Part shown: one piece after another, positions 9,300 through 19,265 of the stretch
Position numbering within the stretch: the stretch's first letter is position 1
Layout of the letters: each line of letters begins with the position of its first letter
DNA from: an uncultured Chloroflexia bacterium
GTDB taxonomy: Bacteria; Chloroflexota; Limnocylindria; Limnocylindrales; CSP1-4
NCBI GenBank assembly: GCA_963796715.1
Contig: CAWCMN010000009.1
Span: 262,546-326,545 of the forward strand
Length of the DNA: 64,000 nucleotides
Reading direction: 5' to 3'
Translations under genes and position numbers: made by a program
The notes under the pieces: generated by a model
What the model was told of the DNA's origin: nothing
The model's input: the letters and a program-made list of their open reading frames with translations, nothing else
The model's database searches: none

Positions 9300-12200
9300 A
9301 TGCCGACCGTTCCCATGACACCCTCCCAGCGCGGCGGGCCCAACGGGTTGCCGCGATTCCAGCGCCTTGGCCTGTTCATGGCACGCCGGCGCTGGTGGGT
9401 CATCGGCGCCTGGGCCGTCGTGCTCCTGGCGGCCCTGCCGTTCGCGCCGCGGGCCGGCTCGGTCCTGCGCGCGGGTGGCTTCACGCTGCCCGACCTGCCC
9501 TCCGAAGAAGCCCGCGCCACGCTCGCCCAGCTTGGCGTGCCCCCGTCGGTCCTGGCCATCGTCATCGAGTCCACGGGGTCCGCGAGGGCGGGCCAGCCGG
9601 CGTTCGAGGCAGCGGCCGCGGCGGCCGTCGCCGACGTCCCGCACGCGGCGCACGTGACCGGGATCCAGAGCCATCTCGTGTCGCCCCGTCAGGTCAGCAC
9701 CGACGGGACGGTCGTCTACGACATCGTGGACCTTGACCTGTCACCGGACGACTCGCCGGCGGCGATGGCGCCGGTCCAGGCCGCCCTCCACGACGAGCCG
9801 GGCATCCGCACCCTGATCGGCGGCGCGCCCGCCTTCTACGGCGACATCCAGACGGCCTCCGAAGAAGACCTGCGACGGGCCGAGCTGGTGAGCCTGCCGC
9901 TCGCCGCGATCGCCCTCGTCCTGATCTTCGGCGGGATCGTGGCGGCCGGCGTGCCCCTCGTCGTGGGTGGCTCGGCCGTGCTGCTCGCCCTCGCCCTGAT
10001 CTTCCTGCTGGCCAGCGTCACGCCGATGAGCATCTTCGTGCTCAACCTCGCCACCCTGCTCGGGCTCGGCCTGGGGGTCGACTACTCGCTGTTGCTCACG
10101 AGCCGCTTCCGCGAGGAACTCGGCCGAAGGGGCGGCGGCCGGCGCGCCGACGGGTCGATCGACCGCGCGGCGGTGGACGAGGCTGTGGGGGTGACCGTGG
10201 CCACGGCCGGCCGGGCCATCTTCTTCAGCGGCTTCACGGTCCTGCTTGGCCTGGTCGGGCTGGTCCTCTTCGACTTCATGATCCTGCGCTCGGTCGGCGT
10301 GGCCGGGGCGATCGTCGTGGGCATGGCCGTGCTCGCCGCGCTGACCCTGCTGCCGGCCGTGCTGGCCGTCCTGGGGCCGCGGCTGGGGGCGCTCTCGGTG
10401 CGCAGCCTGCTGCGCCGGCCACCGCCGGACCCGGGCGTGCCGCCGCCCGAGAGTCGCTGGGCGCGGCTGGCGCGCTGGGTGATGCAGCGCCCCTGGCGCG
10501 TCTTCGTGCCCACGCTCGGCATCCTCGTCCTGCTGGGCGTGCCGTTCCTGCACGTCCAGTTCGACGCGCCCGACGAGACGATCCTGCCGGCCGACCTCCA
10601 GTCCAGGCAGGCCTACGACGTCCTCTCGACCACGTTCGGGGAGGGGACGTTCGCGCCGCTCGAGCTGGCCGTCCAGGCCACGGGTCCCATCACCGACCCG
10701 GCGATCCTGGGCAAGCTCTACGACTATTCGCGCGAGCTCGCGTCCGATCCGCGGGTGGTGCGGGTGGACGGCCTGGTGGATCTCGACCCCCGCCTGACGC
10801 GAGCCCAGTACGAGCTGCTCTACGCGACGCCGGGCGGGCCGCCCGACCGGTTCGCCGCCGCGGCCCTGGCCGCCACGACCAAGGGTGACCTGACGGTCTT
10901 CACGGTGACCACACCGTATGGGCCCAACGCGGCCCAGGGTCGCGATCTCGTCGCGGCGCTGCGCGATCCGACCTCCGCGCTGGCGCCGCCGGCCGGCCTC
11001 ACGGTCCAGGTCGCGGGAGGCGCGGCCGAGGTGACCGACGTGGTCGCCCGGATGGGCCAGGACTTCCCCCGCACCGCCCTGTTCATCCTCATCACGACCT
11101 ACCTCGTGCTGTTCCTGCTCTTGCGGTCGGTGGTGCTGCCGCTCAAGGCCCTGATCATGAACAGCCTCTCGATCATCGCCAGCTTCGGTGCGCTGGTGTG
11201 GATCTTCCAGGACGGGAACCTGTCGGCGCTGATCGGCTTCCAGCCGCTGGGCTACGTGGAGACGACCCAGCCGGTCATCCTCTTCTGCGTCCTGTTCGGC
11301 CTGTCGATGGACTACGAGGTCTTCCTGCTCAGCCGCATGAAAGAAGCGTTTGACGCAGGCGCCGACAACCGCACGGCGGTCGCACGCGGGCTCGAGCGCA
11401 GCGGCCGGATCGTCACGAGCGCGGCCCTCATCGTGGTCATCGTGGCCGGCTCGTTCGTCTTCTCGCAGGTCGTGCTCATCAAGGCGCTCGGCCTCGGCAT
11501 GGCCGTGGCCGTCGCGCTCGATGCGACCGTGGTGCGGGCCCTGCTGGTACCGGCCACGATGCGCCTGCTTGGCGACTGGAATTGGTGGATGCCGGCCCGC
11601 CTCGCCCGCTGGATCGCGGCCAGGCTGCCGGTCGTCGAAGGGGCGACCCTGGTCCAGGCCGTCGTCGTGGCGATTCTCGCCGCGTTCGTGCTGGGGGCGT
11701 GCTCGGCGAACGGGGCCCTGCTGGCGAATGCGCCAGCGGCGCACCCCCTGGTGGCGCGGCCAAGTGCCAGTCCGGTGGCCGCACCCGACCCGCAGCCGCT
11801 GGTCTTCCCGCGCGACGACGGGCCGCACGACCGCCTCACGGAGTGGTGGTACTACACCGGCCACCTGCGGACCGCGAGCGGCGCCACGTACGGGTTCGAG
11901 GACGTCATCTTCCGCGCCGAACGGGGCGCATTCCCGGTGACGTGGGCCTCGCACGTGGCCGTCACCGATGAGCAGGGCCATCGCTTCCTGTACGACCAGC
12001 GTTCGGAGGTGGGCCCGCAGGTGGACGCGGCGCAGTCCGTGTCCAGCGGCCCATACGGCTTCTTCCTGGCCATCTCCGGGACACCGGCTGCGCCCGGGGT
12101 GGCCGCCGCCGATCCTTGGGTGATGCGTGGCTACCTGGGCCACGATGCCCTGGCCGTGTCGTCTGCGACGGGCGGCTTCGCCTTCCAGCTGACGCTCGAC

Positions 12201-12797
12201 GCGGGCGGGCGGCCGCCGGTCCTGCACGACACGAGCGGGTACGTGCCGTTCGGCGCCGCCGGCGGCTCGTACTACTACTCCCGCCCGACCATGCAGGCGG
12301 CCGGCACCCTCACCATCGGCGGCCAGACCATGGCCGTGACGGGGGAGGCGTGGTTCGACCACCAGTGGGGCGACTTCGTGACCGTCGGCGGCGGCGGTTG
12401 GGACTGGTTCGCGGTCAACCTGCCCGACGGCTCGGCCGTCACGCTGTCGCTGATCCGCGACGCCGACGGGACGTACCCGCTCGCGTACGGCACGTATGTC
12501 ACGAGCGACGGCACGATCGTGCACCTCGCGGCGAGCGACTTCACGGTCACCGTGACCGACCACTGGACCAGCCCCCAGACCGGCGCCGTCTACCCATCGG
12601 GCTGGCGCGTCGAGATACCGAAGGCAGGCCTCGTCATCACCCTCCGGCCGACCGTGGCCGACCAGGAGCTGGACACGCGCAGCACGACCGGCGTCATCTA
12701 CTGGGAGGGTTCGCAGGTGGTGACCGCTACGCGCGACGGCGCGCAGATCGCCGCCGACGCCTATGTGGAGCTGACGGGCTACGCCACGGGGCGCTGA
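9300..12797 (+). CDS. MMPL family (RND superfamily) transporter fused to a C-terminal AttH/CrtC-like lipocalin domain
   Basis: 1165 aa. Residues 1-770 have MmpL topology with two 6-TM bundles (GLGVDYSLLL and GLSMDYEVFLLSRM). A 13th hydrophobic segment VVVAILAAFVLGACSANG carries an LGAC lipobox. The C-terminal 370 aa carry FPRDDGPHDRLTEWWYYTGHL and WFDHQWGDF...WDWFAVNLPDGS, which are AttH/CrtC and lipocalin_9-like hallmarks. Confidence 0.85.
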   Translation: MPTVPMTPSQRGGPNGLPRFQRLGLFMARRRWWVIGAWAVVLLAALPFAPRAGSVLRAGGFTLPDLPSEEARATLAQLGVPPSVLAIVIESTGSARAGQPAFEAAAAAAVADVPHAAHVTGIQSHLVSPRQVSTDGTVVYDIVDLDLSPDDSPAAMAPVQAALHDEPGIRTLIGGAPAFYGDIQTASEEDLRRAELVSLPLAAIALVLIFGGIVAAGVPLVVGGSAVLLALALIFLLASVTPMSIFVLNLATLLGLGLGVDYSLLLTSRFREELGRRGGGRRADGSIDRAAVDEAVGVTVATAGRAIFFSGFTVLLGLVGLVLFDFMILRSVGVAGAIVVGMAVLAALTLLPAVLAVLGPRLGALSVRSLLRRPPPDPGVPPPESRWARLARWVMQRPWRVFVPTLGILVLLGVPFLHVQFDAPDETILPADLQSRQAYDVLSTTFGEGTFAPLELAVQATGPITDPAILGKLYDYSRELASDPRVVRVDGLVDLDPRLTRAQYELLYATPGGPPDRFAAAALAATTKGDLTVFTVTTPYGPNAAQGRDLVAALRDPTSALAPPAGLTVQVAGGAAEVTDVVARMGQDFPRTALFILITTYLVLFLLLRSVVLPLKALIMNSLSIIASFGALVWIFQDGNLSALIGFQPLGYVETTQPVILFCVLFGLSMDYEVFLLSRMKEAFDAGADNRTAVARGLERSGRIVTSAALIVVIVAGSFVFSQVVLIKALGLGMAVAVALDATVVRALLVPATMRLLGDWNWWMPARLARWIAARLPVVEGATLVQAVVVAILAAFVLGACSANGALLANAPAAHPLVARPSASPVAAPDPQPLVFPRDDGPHDRLTEWWYYTGHLRTASGATYGFEDVIFRAERGAFPVTWASHVAVTDEQGHRFLYDQRSEVGPQVDAAQSVSSGPYGFFLAISGTPAAPGVAAADPWVMRGYLGHDALAVSSATGGFAFQLTLDAGGRPPVLHDTSGYVPFGAAGGSYYYSRPTMQAAGTLTIGGQTMAVTGEAWFDHQWGDFVTVGGGGWDWFAVNLPDGSAVTLSLIRDADGTYPLAYGTYVTSDGTIVHLAASDFTVTVTDHWTSPQTGAVYPSGWRVEIPKAGLVITLRPTVADQELDTRSTTGVIYWEGSQVVTATRDGAQIAADAYVELTGYATGR

Positions 12798-13090
12798 AGC
12801 GGCCGAGGCGCTGACTCCACGCGCCCGATGTGCATCAAAGGTGTCTAACGACGACGATGAGCGGCAGCGAGACTCGAATCGGCGCGTTCCATCGCTCAGC
12901 TGAGCATCAGGTGTCCATCCCGGCGAATGAGCGGCCCTTCGGCGGTCGTTAGCAACCTTTTGCGTGCATCGGCGCCGGGTTACGGACGGTCCGTTGGTCG
13001 GAAGGGCCCTTCCTGTCGCCCGAGGATGTGGCCCACCCGCCTTGACACCTCGGCCATGCGGTCCATCATCGGCACGAGGGGTGGTGAGGC

Positions 13091-13822
13091 ATGGTGGACG
13101 GGGCGGACACCGCGATCGAAGCGGAAGAGTCCACGACAGCAGTGGGTGAAGCTGACGCTGCCGAGATCCGCTGGCCCGGCGGCGACGACCCCGGCTGGGA
13201 AGCGTGGCGCAGCTTCCAGCCATCCTCCCGGTGGGCCGGCAAGCCGTCCGCGCCGGCCCCCGCGCCCGGCGTCGCCTATGCGGAATTGGGCTTGCGCGCC
13301 GCGGCCTTTGCCATCGACGTGGCGGTCGCGCTCCTCATCAGCAGTCTGGCCGACTCGTACCTGCAGGGTTTCATCGGGCTATCGGGCCTGCCCGGCGACG
13401 CCGTCGGGATGTTCACCGGCCTGCTCGCGATCGCCATCGTGGCGGCCGGCGCCATCGTGGTCGGCTCGACCTCTGCCACGTCGGTGCTGCGGGCGACGCC
13501 GGGCCAGCTGGCGGTGGGGCTCGTGACGCTGACCGCCGACGGCGGACAGGCGGTCCCGTTCCGCCGGGCCCTGGTCCGGCAGCTTCTGTTGATCGGTCCG
13601 GTGTGCCTGATCCCCGTCAGCACCACCCTCGCGTCGCTGCTGGTGGCCATGGCCGTCTCTCCGGACTCGGAGTCGACGACCATCGCGACCTGGCCCTATT
13701 GGATCTGGCCCGTTGTTGCTGTCTTGTGGTACCTGGTCCTCGCGTTGCCGGCGATCCGCGACCCTCGCGGCCGGGGCCTCCACGACCGGCTGGCGGACTC
13801 CGTCGTCGTGCGCGAGGCCTGA
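13091..13822 (+). CDS. RDD family membrane protein with an acidic N-terminal extension
   Basis: 3 TM segments and the C-terminal motif RGLHDRLADSVVV (RDD signature). Preceded by GGTGGTGAGG. Confidence 0.7.
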   Translation: MVDGADTAIEAEESTTAVGEADAAEIRWPGGDDPGWEAWRSFQPSSRWAGKPSAPAPAPGVAYAELGLRAAAFAIDVAVALLISSLADSYLQGFIGLSGLPGDAVGMFTGLLAIAIVAAGAIVVGSTSATSVLRATPGQLAVGLVTLTADGGQAVPFRRALVRQLLLIGPVCLIPVSTTLASLLVAMAVSPDSESTTIATWPYWIWPVVAVLWYLVLALPAIRDPRGRGLHDRLADSVVVREA

Positions 13823-14739
13823 TCAGCCCTCCGTCGCCTCGGCGGCGTCGATCGCGGCACGGAGCGGCATCCCTTCGCGGGCGCCGGCCACCGCGACCGA
13901 GAGGCCGGCCGCGATCGTGGCTCGCCGCACGGCCTCCGACCACGGCCGCTCCTCCAGCAGGCCCGCCGCGAGAACGCCGCTGAACGTGTCGCCCGCGCCG
14001 GTCGTGTCGACCACGGCGCCCGCGCGGTGAGCCGGCAGCCGGACGTCCGTGCCTTCGGGACCGGCCAGTCGCACGCCTGCCTGCGCCCAGGGTGATGGCC
14101 AACCGCAGCGCCGGCCGGTCGGGCGAGGAGCCCGGTCACGCCGCCAAGGGTCGCCAGCTCCGCCGCATTCGGGGTCAGCACATCCGCCAGGTCGGCCAGC
14201 CCTGCCGTGAACGCGCCCGCCGGCGCAGGGTCCAGGACGACCGTCGCGCCGACAGCGCGGGCCGCCCGGGCACCGCCCTCGACGACGCGCGCCGGGACCT
14301 CGAGGTTGCCGAGCAGCACTCCGCCGTCGGCCAGCAGGGAGCGGATGGTGGCCGCGCCCGATGACGCCTCGAGTCGGGCGTTCGCACCGGAAGCCACGGC
14401 GATCTGGTTCTCGCCATCGGACGCCACCACGATGAGGGCGACGCCCGTCGCGGCATCGTCGAGCACGCGGACCGCCTCCACGTCGATGCCCTCGTCCCAC
14501 AAGGCCTGGAGCGCCGCCCGACCGTGGTCGTCGTCGCCGACCGCCCCCACGAAGGCCACCCGTCCCTCGAGCGGGCCGCCCCGCAGGGCGCGCGCGGCCG
14601 CGACGGCGGCATTCCCGCCCTTGCCACCGTGGTGCTGCTCGAAACGACCGCCCGCGACCGTCTCTCCGGCAGCCGGGAGACGGACCCCCGCGACGACCAG
14701 GTCGACGTTCAGCGACCCGAGCACGACCAGGCGCTTCAT
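13823..14739 (-). pseudogene. rbsK: Ribokinase (PfkB family), frameshifted
   Basis: The N-terminal 200 aa (MKRLVVLGSLNVDLVV...GKGGNAAVAAARL...LTPNAAELATLGGVTG) are in one frame. The C-terminal part (AVVDTTGAGDTFSGVLAAGL...AAGLSVAVAGAREGMP) is in another frame (ORF 13823-14500). At least two frame changes occur within about 14080-14140. Confidence 0.65.
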
Positions 14740-14752
14740 CTCGCCGCCCGGC

Positions 14753-15601
14753 TCATCCGCTTATGAACTCGCCCCCGTCGACGCCGATGACGTTGCCGGT
14801 CACCCACGAGGTGCCGTCCTGTGAGAGACGCACGATGACGCTGGCCACGTCACCAACGGTCGTCATGCGTCCGCTGGGGTTGCGCTTGGTGGCATGGTCG
14901 ATGAGCGCGTCGTGCTCGGGGATCTGCATCAGCGCGGGCGTCACGGTGACCCCGGCGCGGATCGCGTTGACGGCCACGTCGGCGTGGTGCCGCGCGAACT
15001 CCATGGCCAGCTGGCGGCAGTGCGACTCCAGGGCCGACTTGGCCGCGCTCACCGCGCCGTAACTGTCGATGACCCGGGTGGACCCCTCGCTGGTCATGGC
15101 GTAGATCTTGGAACCGGCCTCCAGGAAGCCGCCGCGCCACAGGTCCTGCGCCCAGTAGACAAGGCTGTTGGCCATCACGTCCAGGGTCATCTCCATGTTC
15201 TTGCGGCTGATGGCCGCGTCCGCCTCGGCCGCCAGGAACGGTTTCAGCGTCCCGAAGGCCAGCGAATGGAGCAGCACGCGGACGTACGGGCGGCGCCCGG
15301 TCCGTTCGCGCTGGGCGTCGAAGCGGGTGCGGAGCCCGGCCAGGAATCCGGCCCGCCGCTCGTCGTCGGCCGCGTTCATGTTGACGAAGTGGGCCGTCCT
15401 GCCCGACGCCTCGATGGCCGCGGTCACCTCCGCCACGTGAGCCATCCCCTGGCGTCGGTCAAGATGGACGCCGGCGATGTCGTAGCCGGCGGCGGCGAGC
15501 GCGCGCGCCGTCGCCTCGCCGAAGCCGCTGCTCGCGCCAAGCACCAGCGCCCACGGCTGCCGGTCGCGGTCCGTATCGCCCGCTCGATCGTGCGCCGCCA
15601 T
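14753..15601 (-). CDS. SDR family oxidoreductase (enoyl-ACP reductase-like)
   Basis: Gly-rich LVLGASSGFGEATARALAAAGY and YGAVSAAKSALESHCRQLAMEF (YxxxK). ATG at 15601. Confidence 0.7.
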   Translation of the reverse strand: MAAHDRAGDTDRDRQPWALVLGASSGFGEATARALAAAGYDIAGVHLDRRQGMAHVAEVTAAIEASGRTAHFVNMNAADDERRAGFLAGLRTRFDAQRERTGRRPYVRVLLHSLAFGTLKPFLAAEADAAISRKNMEMTLDVMANSLVYWAQDLWRGGFLEAGSKIYAMTSEGSTRVIDSYGAVSAAKSALESHCRQLAMEFARHHADVAVNAIRAGVTVTPALMQIPEHDALIDHATKRNPSGRMTTVGDVASVIVRLSQDGTSWVTGNVIGVDGGEFISG

Positions 15602-15658
15602 GCCGCCTCCTTGGCCCTCCGCCCCGTGCACGAGTCTACCGTCCTAGACTGGGCCGCG

Positions 15659-16261
15659 ATGTCCGACGCCACAGGGACCCGCGTCACGTTGCCGCCCGTC
15701 GACGCGGAGCGCTACCGCGAGGTGATGGGCCGCTTCGTCACCGGGGTGACGGTCGTCACGAGCATGGTCCAGACGAAGGCCGGCTCGCATCCCTGGGGCA
15801 CGACCGTCAACGCGTTCACCTCGGTATCGCTGGACCCGCCACTCGTCCTCGTGTGCATCGGCCGCGAGCGGTCCATCCATGACGTCATCGCGGGCGCCAG
15901 CCGCTTCGCGGTGAACATCCTGGCGGAGGAGAGCCAGGGCCTCTCGGACTGCTTCTCCGGCGCGCCGTCGGACCTGCCGCGCAGCGCCTTCTGCGGCGCG
16001 GAGTACCGCACGGGCCGAACGGGTGTGCCGATCCTGGAGGCGGCCGTGGCCCATCTCGAGTGCACCGTCGAGCGGGTCCTCGACGCGGGCGACCACACGA
16101 TCTACCTCGCCCGGGTGGTCGAGCTCGGCGTCAGCGAGGTCCATCCGCTGCCGCTCCTCTACTACCGTGGCCGCTACCTGCGTATCGAGCGGGCCGCCAG
16201 CTCGGAGCTCCTCGGCAAGCCGGACGAGCGGTACCCCGAAGGTCGGGACAGCCTCATCTGA
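15659..16261 (+). CDS. Flavin reductase (NAD(P)H:FMN oxidoreductase, HpaC-like)
   Basis: FVTGVTVVTS....GTTVNAFTSVSLDPPLVLVCI is the typical flavin-reductase domain. ATG at 15659. Confidence 0.8.
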   Translation: MSDATGTRVTLPPVDAERYREVMGRFVTGVTVVTSMVQTKAGSHPWGTTVNAFTSVSLDPPLVLVCIGRERSIHDVIAGASRFAVNILAEESQGLSDCFSGAPSDLPRSAFCGAEYRTGRTGVPILEAAVAHLECTVERVLDAGDHTIYLARVVELGVSEVHPLPLLYYRGRYLRIERAASSELLGKPDERYPEGRDSLI

Positions 16262-16262
16262 G

Positions 16263-17144
16263 ATGCCGACGCTGCACGTCAACGGCCTGGACGTGGCCTA
16301 CTCCGCGGAAGGCGCCGGGCCCCCGGTGGTCATGCTGCACGGAGCGTCGAGCTCGGCGCGCGAGGATTGGTCGGCCCAGCTGCCCTTGTTCCGCAAGGCG
16401 TTCCGGGTCTACCTGCCGGATGCGCGAGGCCACGGCGGCACGCGCTGGGACGTCGCGCAGGGCTTCTCCACCGAGCTCCTGGTGGCCGACCTTGCGGCGT
16501 TCGTCGACGCCCTCGGGCTGACGACCTTCCATCTCGTCGGCTTCAGCCTTGGCGCGATGACCGCCCTGACCTACGCCACCCGGCATGCGGACCGGCTGCG
16601 GACGCTGCTCATCGCCGGCATCGACACGGAGCGGGAGCCGCGCACGAGCGTCGCGCGCCACCTCATGGACCCCGACCGTATCGCGCGAGACGAGCCAGCC
16701 TGGGCGGCGCAGCTGGACCGCCGCCACGGGCCTGTGCAGGGAGCAGGTGCGTGGCGGGACCTCATGCGCGCCATCGCCCATGACGTCGCGACCCAGCCTT
16801 TGCTGAGCCCCGCCGAGTTGCGCCAGATCCGTGTGCCGACCCTCCTGGCCTACGGCGACCGCGACGTGTTCGCGCCGCTGCCGCACGTGGTGGCCCTGTA
16901 CCGCCAGCTCCCGGACGCGCGGCTCCTCGTTGCGCCCGATTGCGACCACCAGGTCATGGTGTCGCGGCCGGGCCTCTTCAACGACGCGGCCGCCGCGTTC
17001 TATCGTGAGACGGAGACGGTCGCCCGGGCGCGTGCGGCGGGCGAGGAGGGCTCAGCCGCGCCCTCGAACCGCCGTGGCAACCGCGCCCCGATCCCTACGT
17101 CGCTGCCCCAGACCGAGCCGCTGACCAAGGAGGCGCACCCATGA
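16263..17144 (+). CDS. Alpha/beta hydrolase (enol-lactonase / meta-cleavage hydrolase-like)
   Basis: HGASSS...GHGGT, nucleophile elbow GFSLGA and C-terminal catalytic His (CDHQVM). The start directly follows the upstream stop. Confidence 0.8.
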   Translation: MPTLHVNGLDVAYSAEGAGPPVVMLHGASSSAREDWSAQLPLFRKAFRVYLPDARGHGGTRWDVAQGFSTELLVADLAAFVDALGLTTFHLVGFSLGAMTALTYATRHADRLRTLLIAGIDTEREPRTSVARHLMDPDRIARDEPAWAAQLDRRHGPVQGAGAWRDLMRAIAHDVATQPLLSPAELRQIRVPTLLAYGDRDVFAPLPHVVALYRQLPDARLLVAPDCDHQVMVSRPGLFNDAAAAFYRETETVARARAAGEEGSAAPSNRRGNRAPIPTSLPQTEPLTKEAHP

Positions 17145-17479
17145 CCACGACCCTGATGGCGCTCTACCGCCGGCCCGAAGGCGGCGATGACGCCGTGGCC
17201 ACGTTCCGGCGGCGGTACGCGGCGGAGCACCTGCCGCTCATCCGCCAGGTCCCCGGCCTCCAGAGCCTGCACGTGGCGGACGTGGTCCAGGTGTTCGGCG
17301 AGTCGGATCTCATGCTCGTCGCGCGCCTCGTGTTCGCCGATCGGCCGTCCCTGGACGCCGCGCTCGCGAGCGAACCCATGCGCGCCGCCGGCCGCAACCT
17401 GCGCGAGATCGCGCCCGGGCTGGTCACCATGGTCGTCGTGGAGCCCGACACCGATCTCGGCGCCGCGGGCGACGCATGA
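17141..17479 (+). CDS. EthD-like / small alpha-beta-barrel protein
   Basis: 112 aa with 4-nt overlaps to both neighbours. Its size and pattern match EthD family proteins. Low certainty. Confidence 0.45.
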   Translation: MTTTLMALYRRPEGGDDAVATFRRRYAAEHLPLIRQVPGLQSLHVADVVQVFGESDLMLVARLVFADRPSLDAALASEPMRAAGRNLREIAPGLVTMVVVEPDTDLGAAGDA

Positions 17480-19119
17480 CCGTCGCCTATGCCGTCGACG
17501 GCCGCCGCGCCACGATCCGGCTCGAGCGGCCCGCCCAACTCAACGCGCTCGACGGGCCCACGCTCGACGCGCTGGCCGCCCGGTTCGCCGAGGCGGCGGC
17601 GGACGATCATGTCGGGGTCGTCGTCCTCACCGGCTCAGGCGAGCGCGCCTTCTGCACCGGCGCCGACCTCCGCGAGCAGGAGGCGTTCCTGCGCCGGCCG
17701 CACGACTACTACGCGTGGATGGGCCGCTTCATCGCGGCCATCGAGGCCATCCGTGGCTGTCCCAAGCCGGTCGTGGCGCGGCTCAACGGCATCGTCGTCG
17801 GTGGCGGCAACGAGCTGAACCTGGCCTGCGACCTTGCCGTCCTGGTCGACGACGCCTACATCCGCCACGTCGGGCCGTCGCACGGCAGTCTGCCGTCCGG
17901 CGGCGCCACCCAGTGGCTGCCGATCTTCCTCGGCGACCGCCGGGCGCGCGAGATGCTGCTCCTGAACCGCGAGATCCCCGCTCGCCAGGCGCTTGACTGG
18001 GGGCTCGTCAACCGCGTCGTGCCGCGCGCCGAGCTCGACGCGGCGGTCGACGACTACTGCGCCGAGCTGCTGGCCAAGATGCCCGAGATCTCGCGTGCCA
18101 CCCGGGCGCAGCTGGACTTTTGGCGCGACCTCTCGTGGTCGCTCACGATCCGCATGGCACGGGAGTGGCTGACGCTCCACGCTGCCTCGGACGAGGTGCG
18201 CGAGGGGTTGGACGCCTTCGGGGGCAAGCGTCCGGTCGACTACGAGAAGCTGCGCGTGCGCCTTGAGCAGGGCGGCGACCTGGCCGGAGCGGAAGGGGTC
18301 GTCGTGACCGGCCCGGACGACGCGCATCGACTCCTGCTGCAGCATCCGGCCGTCGACGCCGACGGCGCGACCGTCGACGGCGTGGCCGTCGTGACCCTCG
18401 ACCGGCCGGAGGTGCTCAACGCGCTGGACGGCGAGGCGCTCCGCCAGCTGGCGGACATGCTGCGGCGGCTGGATGCGGATCCGACCTGTCGCGCGGTCGT
18501 CATCACCGGCCAGGGCGAGCGGGCCTTCGCGGCTGGCGCCGACATCAAGGAGATGGTCGACGCGACGCCCGACGAGCTCGAGGCGAGCGGCCGGTTCGGG
18601 TACTGGGACGAGTTCCGGGCCATCGGCCTGCCGCTCATCGCGGCGGTGCGCGGCTATGCCCTCGGCGGTGGTTGCGAGCTGGCCATGACGTGCGACATCG
18701 TCGTGGCGGCCGACGATGCGACCTTCGGCCAGCCGGAGATCAGGATCGGGGTGATGCCCGGCGCCGGAGGGACCCAGCGGCTGACCCGCGCGCTTGGCAA
18801 GGCGCGGGCGATGGAGCTGATCCTGACCGGCGACTCGTTCGGGGCACGCGAGGCGGAGGCGCGTGGCCTGGTCAGCCGGGTGGTCGCCCGCGAGGAGATG
18901 CTGACCGAAGCGCTCGCCCTGGCGGGCCGCATCGCGGCGATGCCGCCGCTCGCCGTGCGGGCGGCGAAGGCGGCCGTGAACCGCGCCTTCGAGCTGCCCC
19001 TCAGTGCAGGCATCGCCGCCGAGCGCCGCGAGTTCTTCCAGCTCTTCGCAAGCGCCGACCAGAAGGAAGGCATGCACGCCTTCATGGAGAAGCGCCCGCC
19101 CGTCTGGCGCGGTCGCTGA
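17476..19119 (+). CDS. Tandem-domain enoyl-CoA hydratase/isomerase (two crotonase folds in one polypeptide)
   Basis: 547 aa. The first domain has LNALDGPT...VVVLTGSGERAFCTGADL. The second starts around aa 290 with LNALDGEA...VVITGQGERAFAAGADIKEM....GYALGGGCELAM. Confidence 0.8.
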   Translation: MTVAYAVDGRRATIRLERPAQLNALDGPTLDALAARFAEAAADDHVGVVVLTGSGERAFCTGADLREQEAFLRRPHDYYAWMGRFIAAIEAIRGCPKPVVARLNGIVVGGGNELNLACDLAVLVDDAYIRHVGPSHGSLPSGGATQWLPIFLGDRRAREMLLLNREIPARQALDWGLVNRVVPRAELDAAVDDYCAELLAKMPEISRATRAQLDFWRDLSWSLTIRMAREWLTLHAASDEVREGLDAFGGKRPVDYEKLRVRLEQGGDLAGAEGVVVTGPDDAHRLLLQHPAVDADGATVDGVAVVTLDRPEVLNALDGEALRQLADMLRRLDADPTCRAVVITGQGERAFAAGADIKEMVDATPDELEASGRFGYWDEFRAIGLPLIAAVRGYALGGGCELAMTCDIVVAADDATFGQPEIRIGVMPGAGGTQRLTRALGKARAMELILTGDSFGAREAEARGLVSRVVAREEMLTEALALAGRIAAMPPLAVRAAKAAVNRAFELPLSAGIAAERREFFQLFASADQKEGMHAFMEKRPPVWRGR

Positions 19120-19265
19120 GGCTGGGGCGGGGCCACCAGCCCGCTCGGCTCGTGGCGTGAGCGGCACCGAGGTTTCAGGAAGCCGCGGCCAAGGGTGGGC
19201 TGGATGCTAGGCTTGCTGCACGCGCCCGACGGCGCGTGGGATGGGCATGTCGGGAGGGCTGACAC

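Noticed and set aside
12870-12960. Possible tRNA in the low-GC intergenic island (CTCGAAT T-loop-like, GCTCAGCTGAGC D-loop-like)
   Set aside because: I could not assemble an acceptor stem or anticodon arm with proper pairing in either orientation.
9741-13223. 1160-aa minus-strand ORF antisense to the mmpL-attH gene
   Set aside because: Arg/Gly/Asp/His-rich low-complexity translation with no motifs. It lies entirely opposite a confidently identified MMPL transporter, the typical long antisense ORF of 70% GC DNA.
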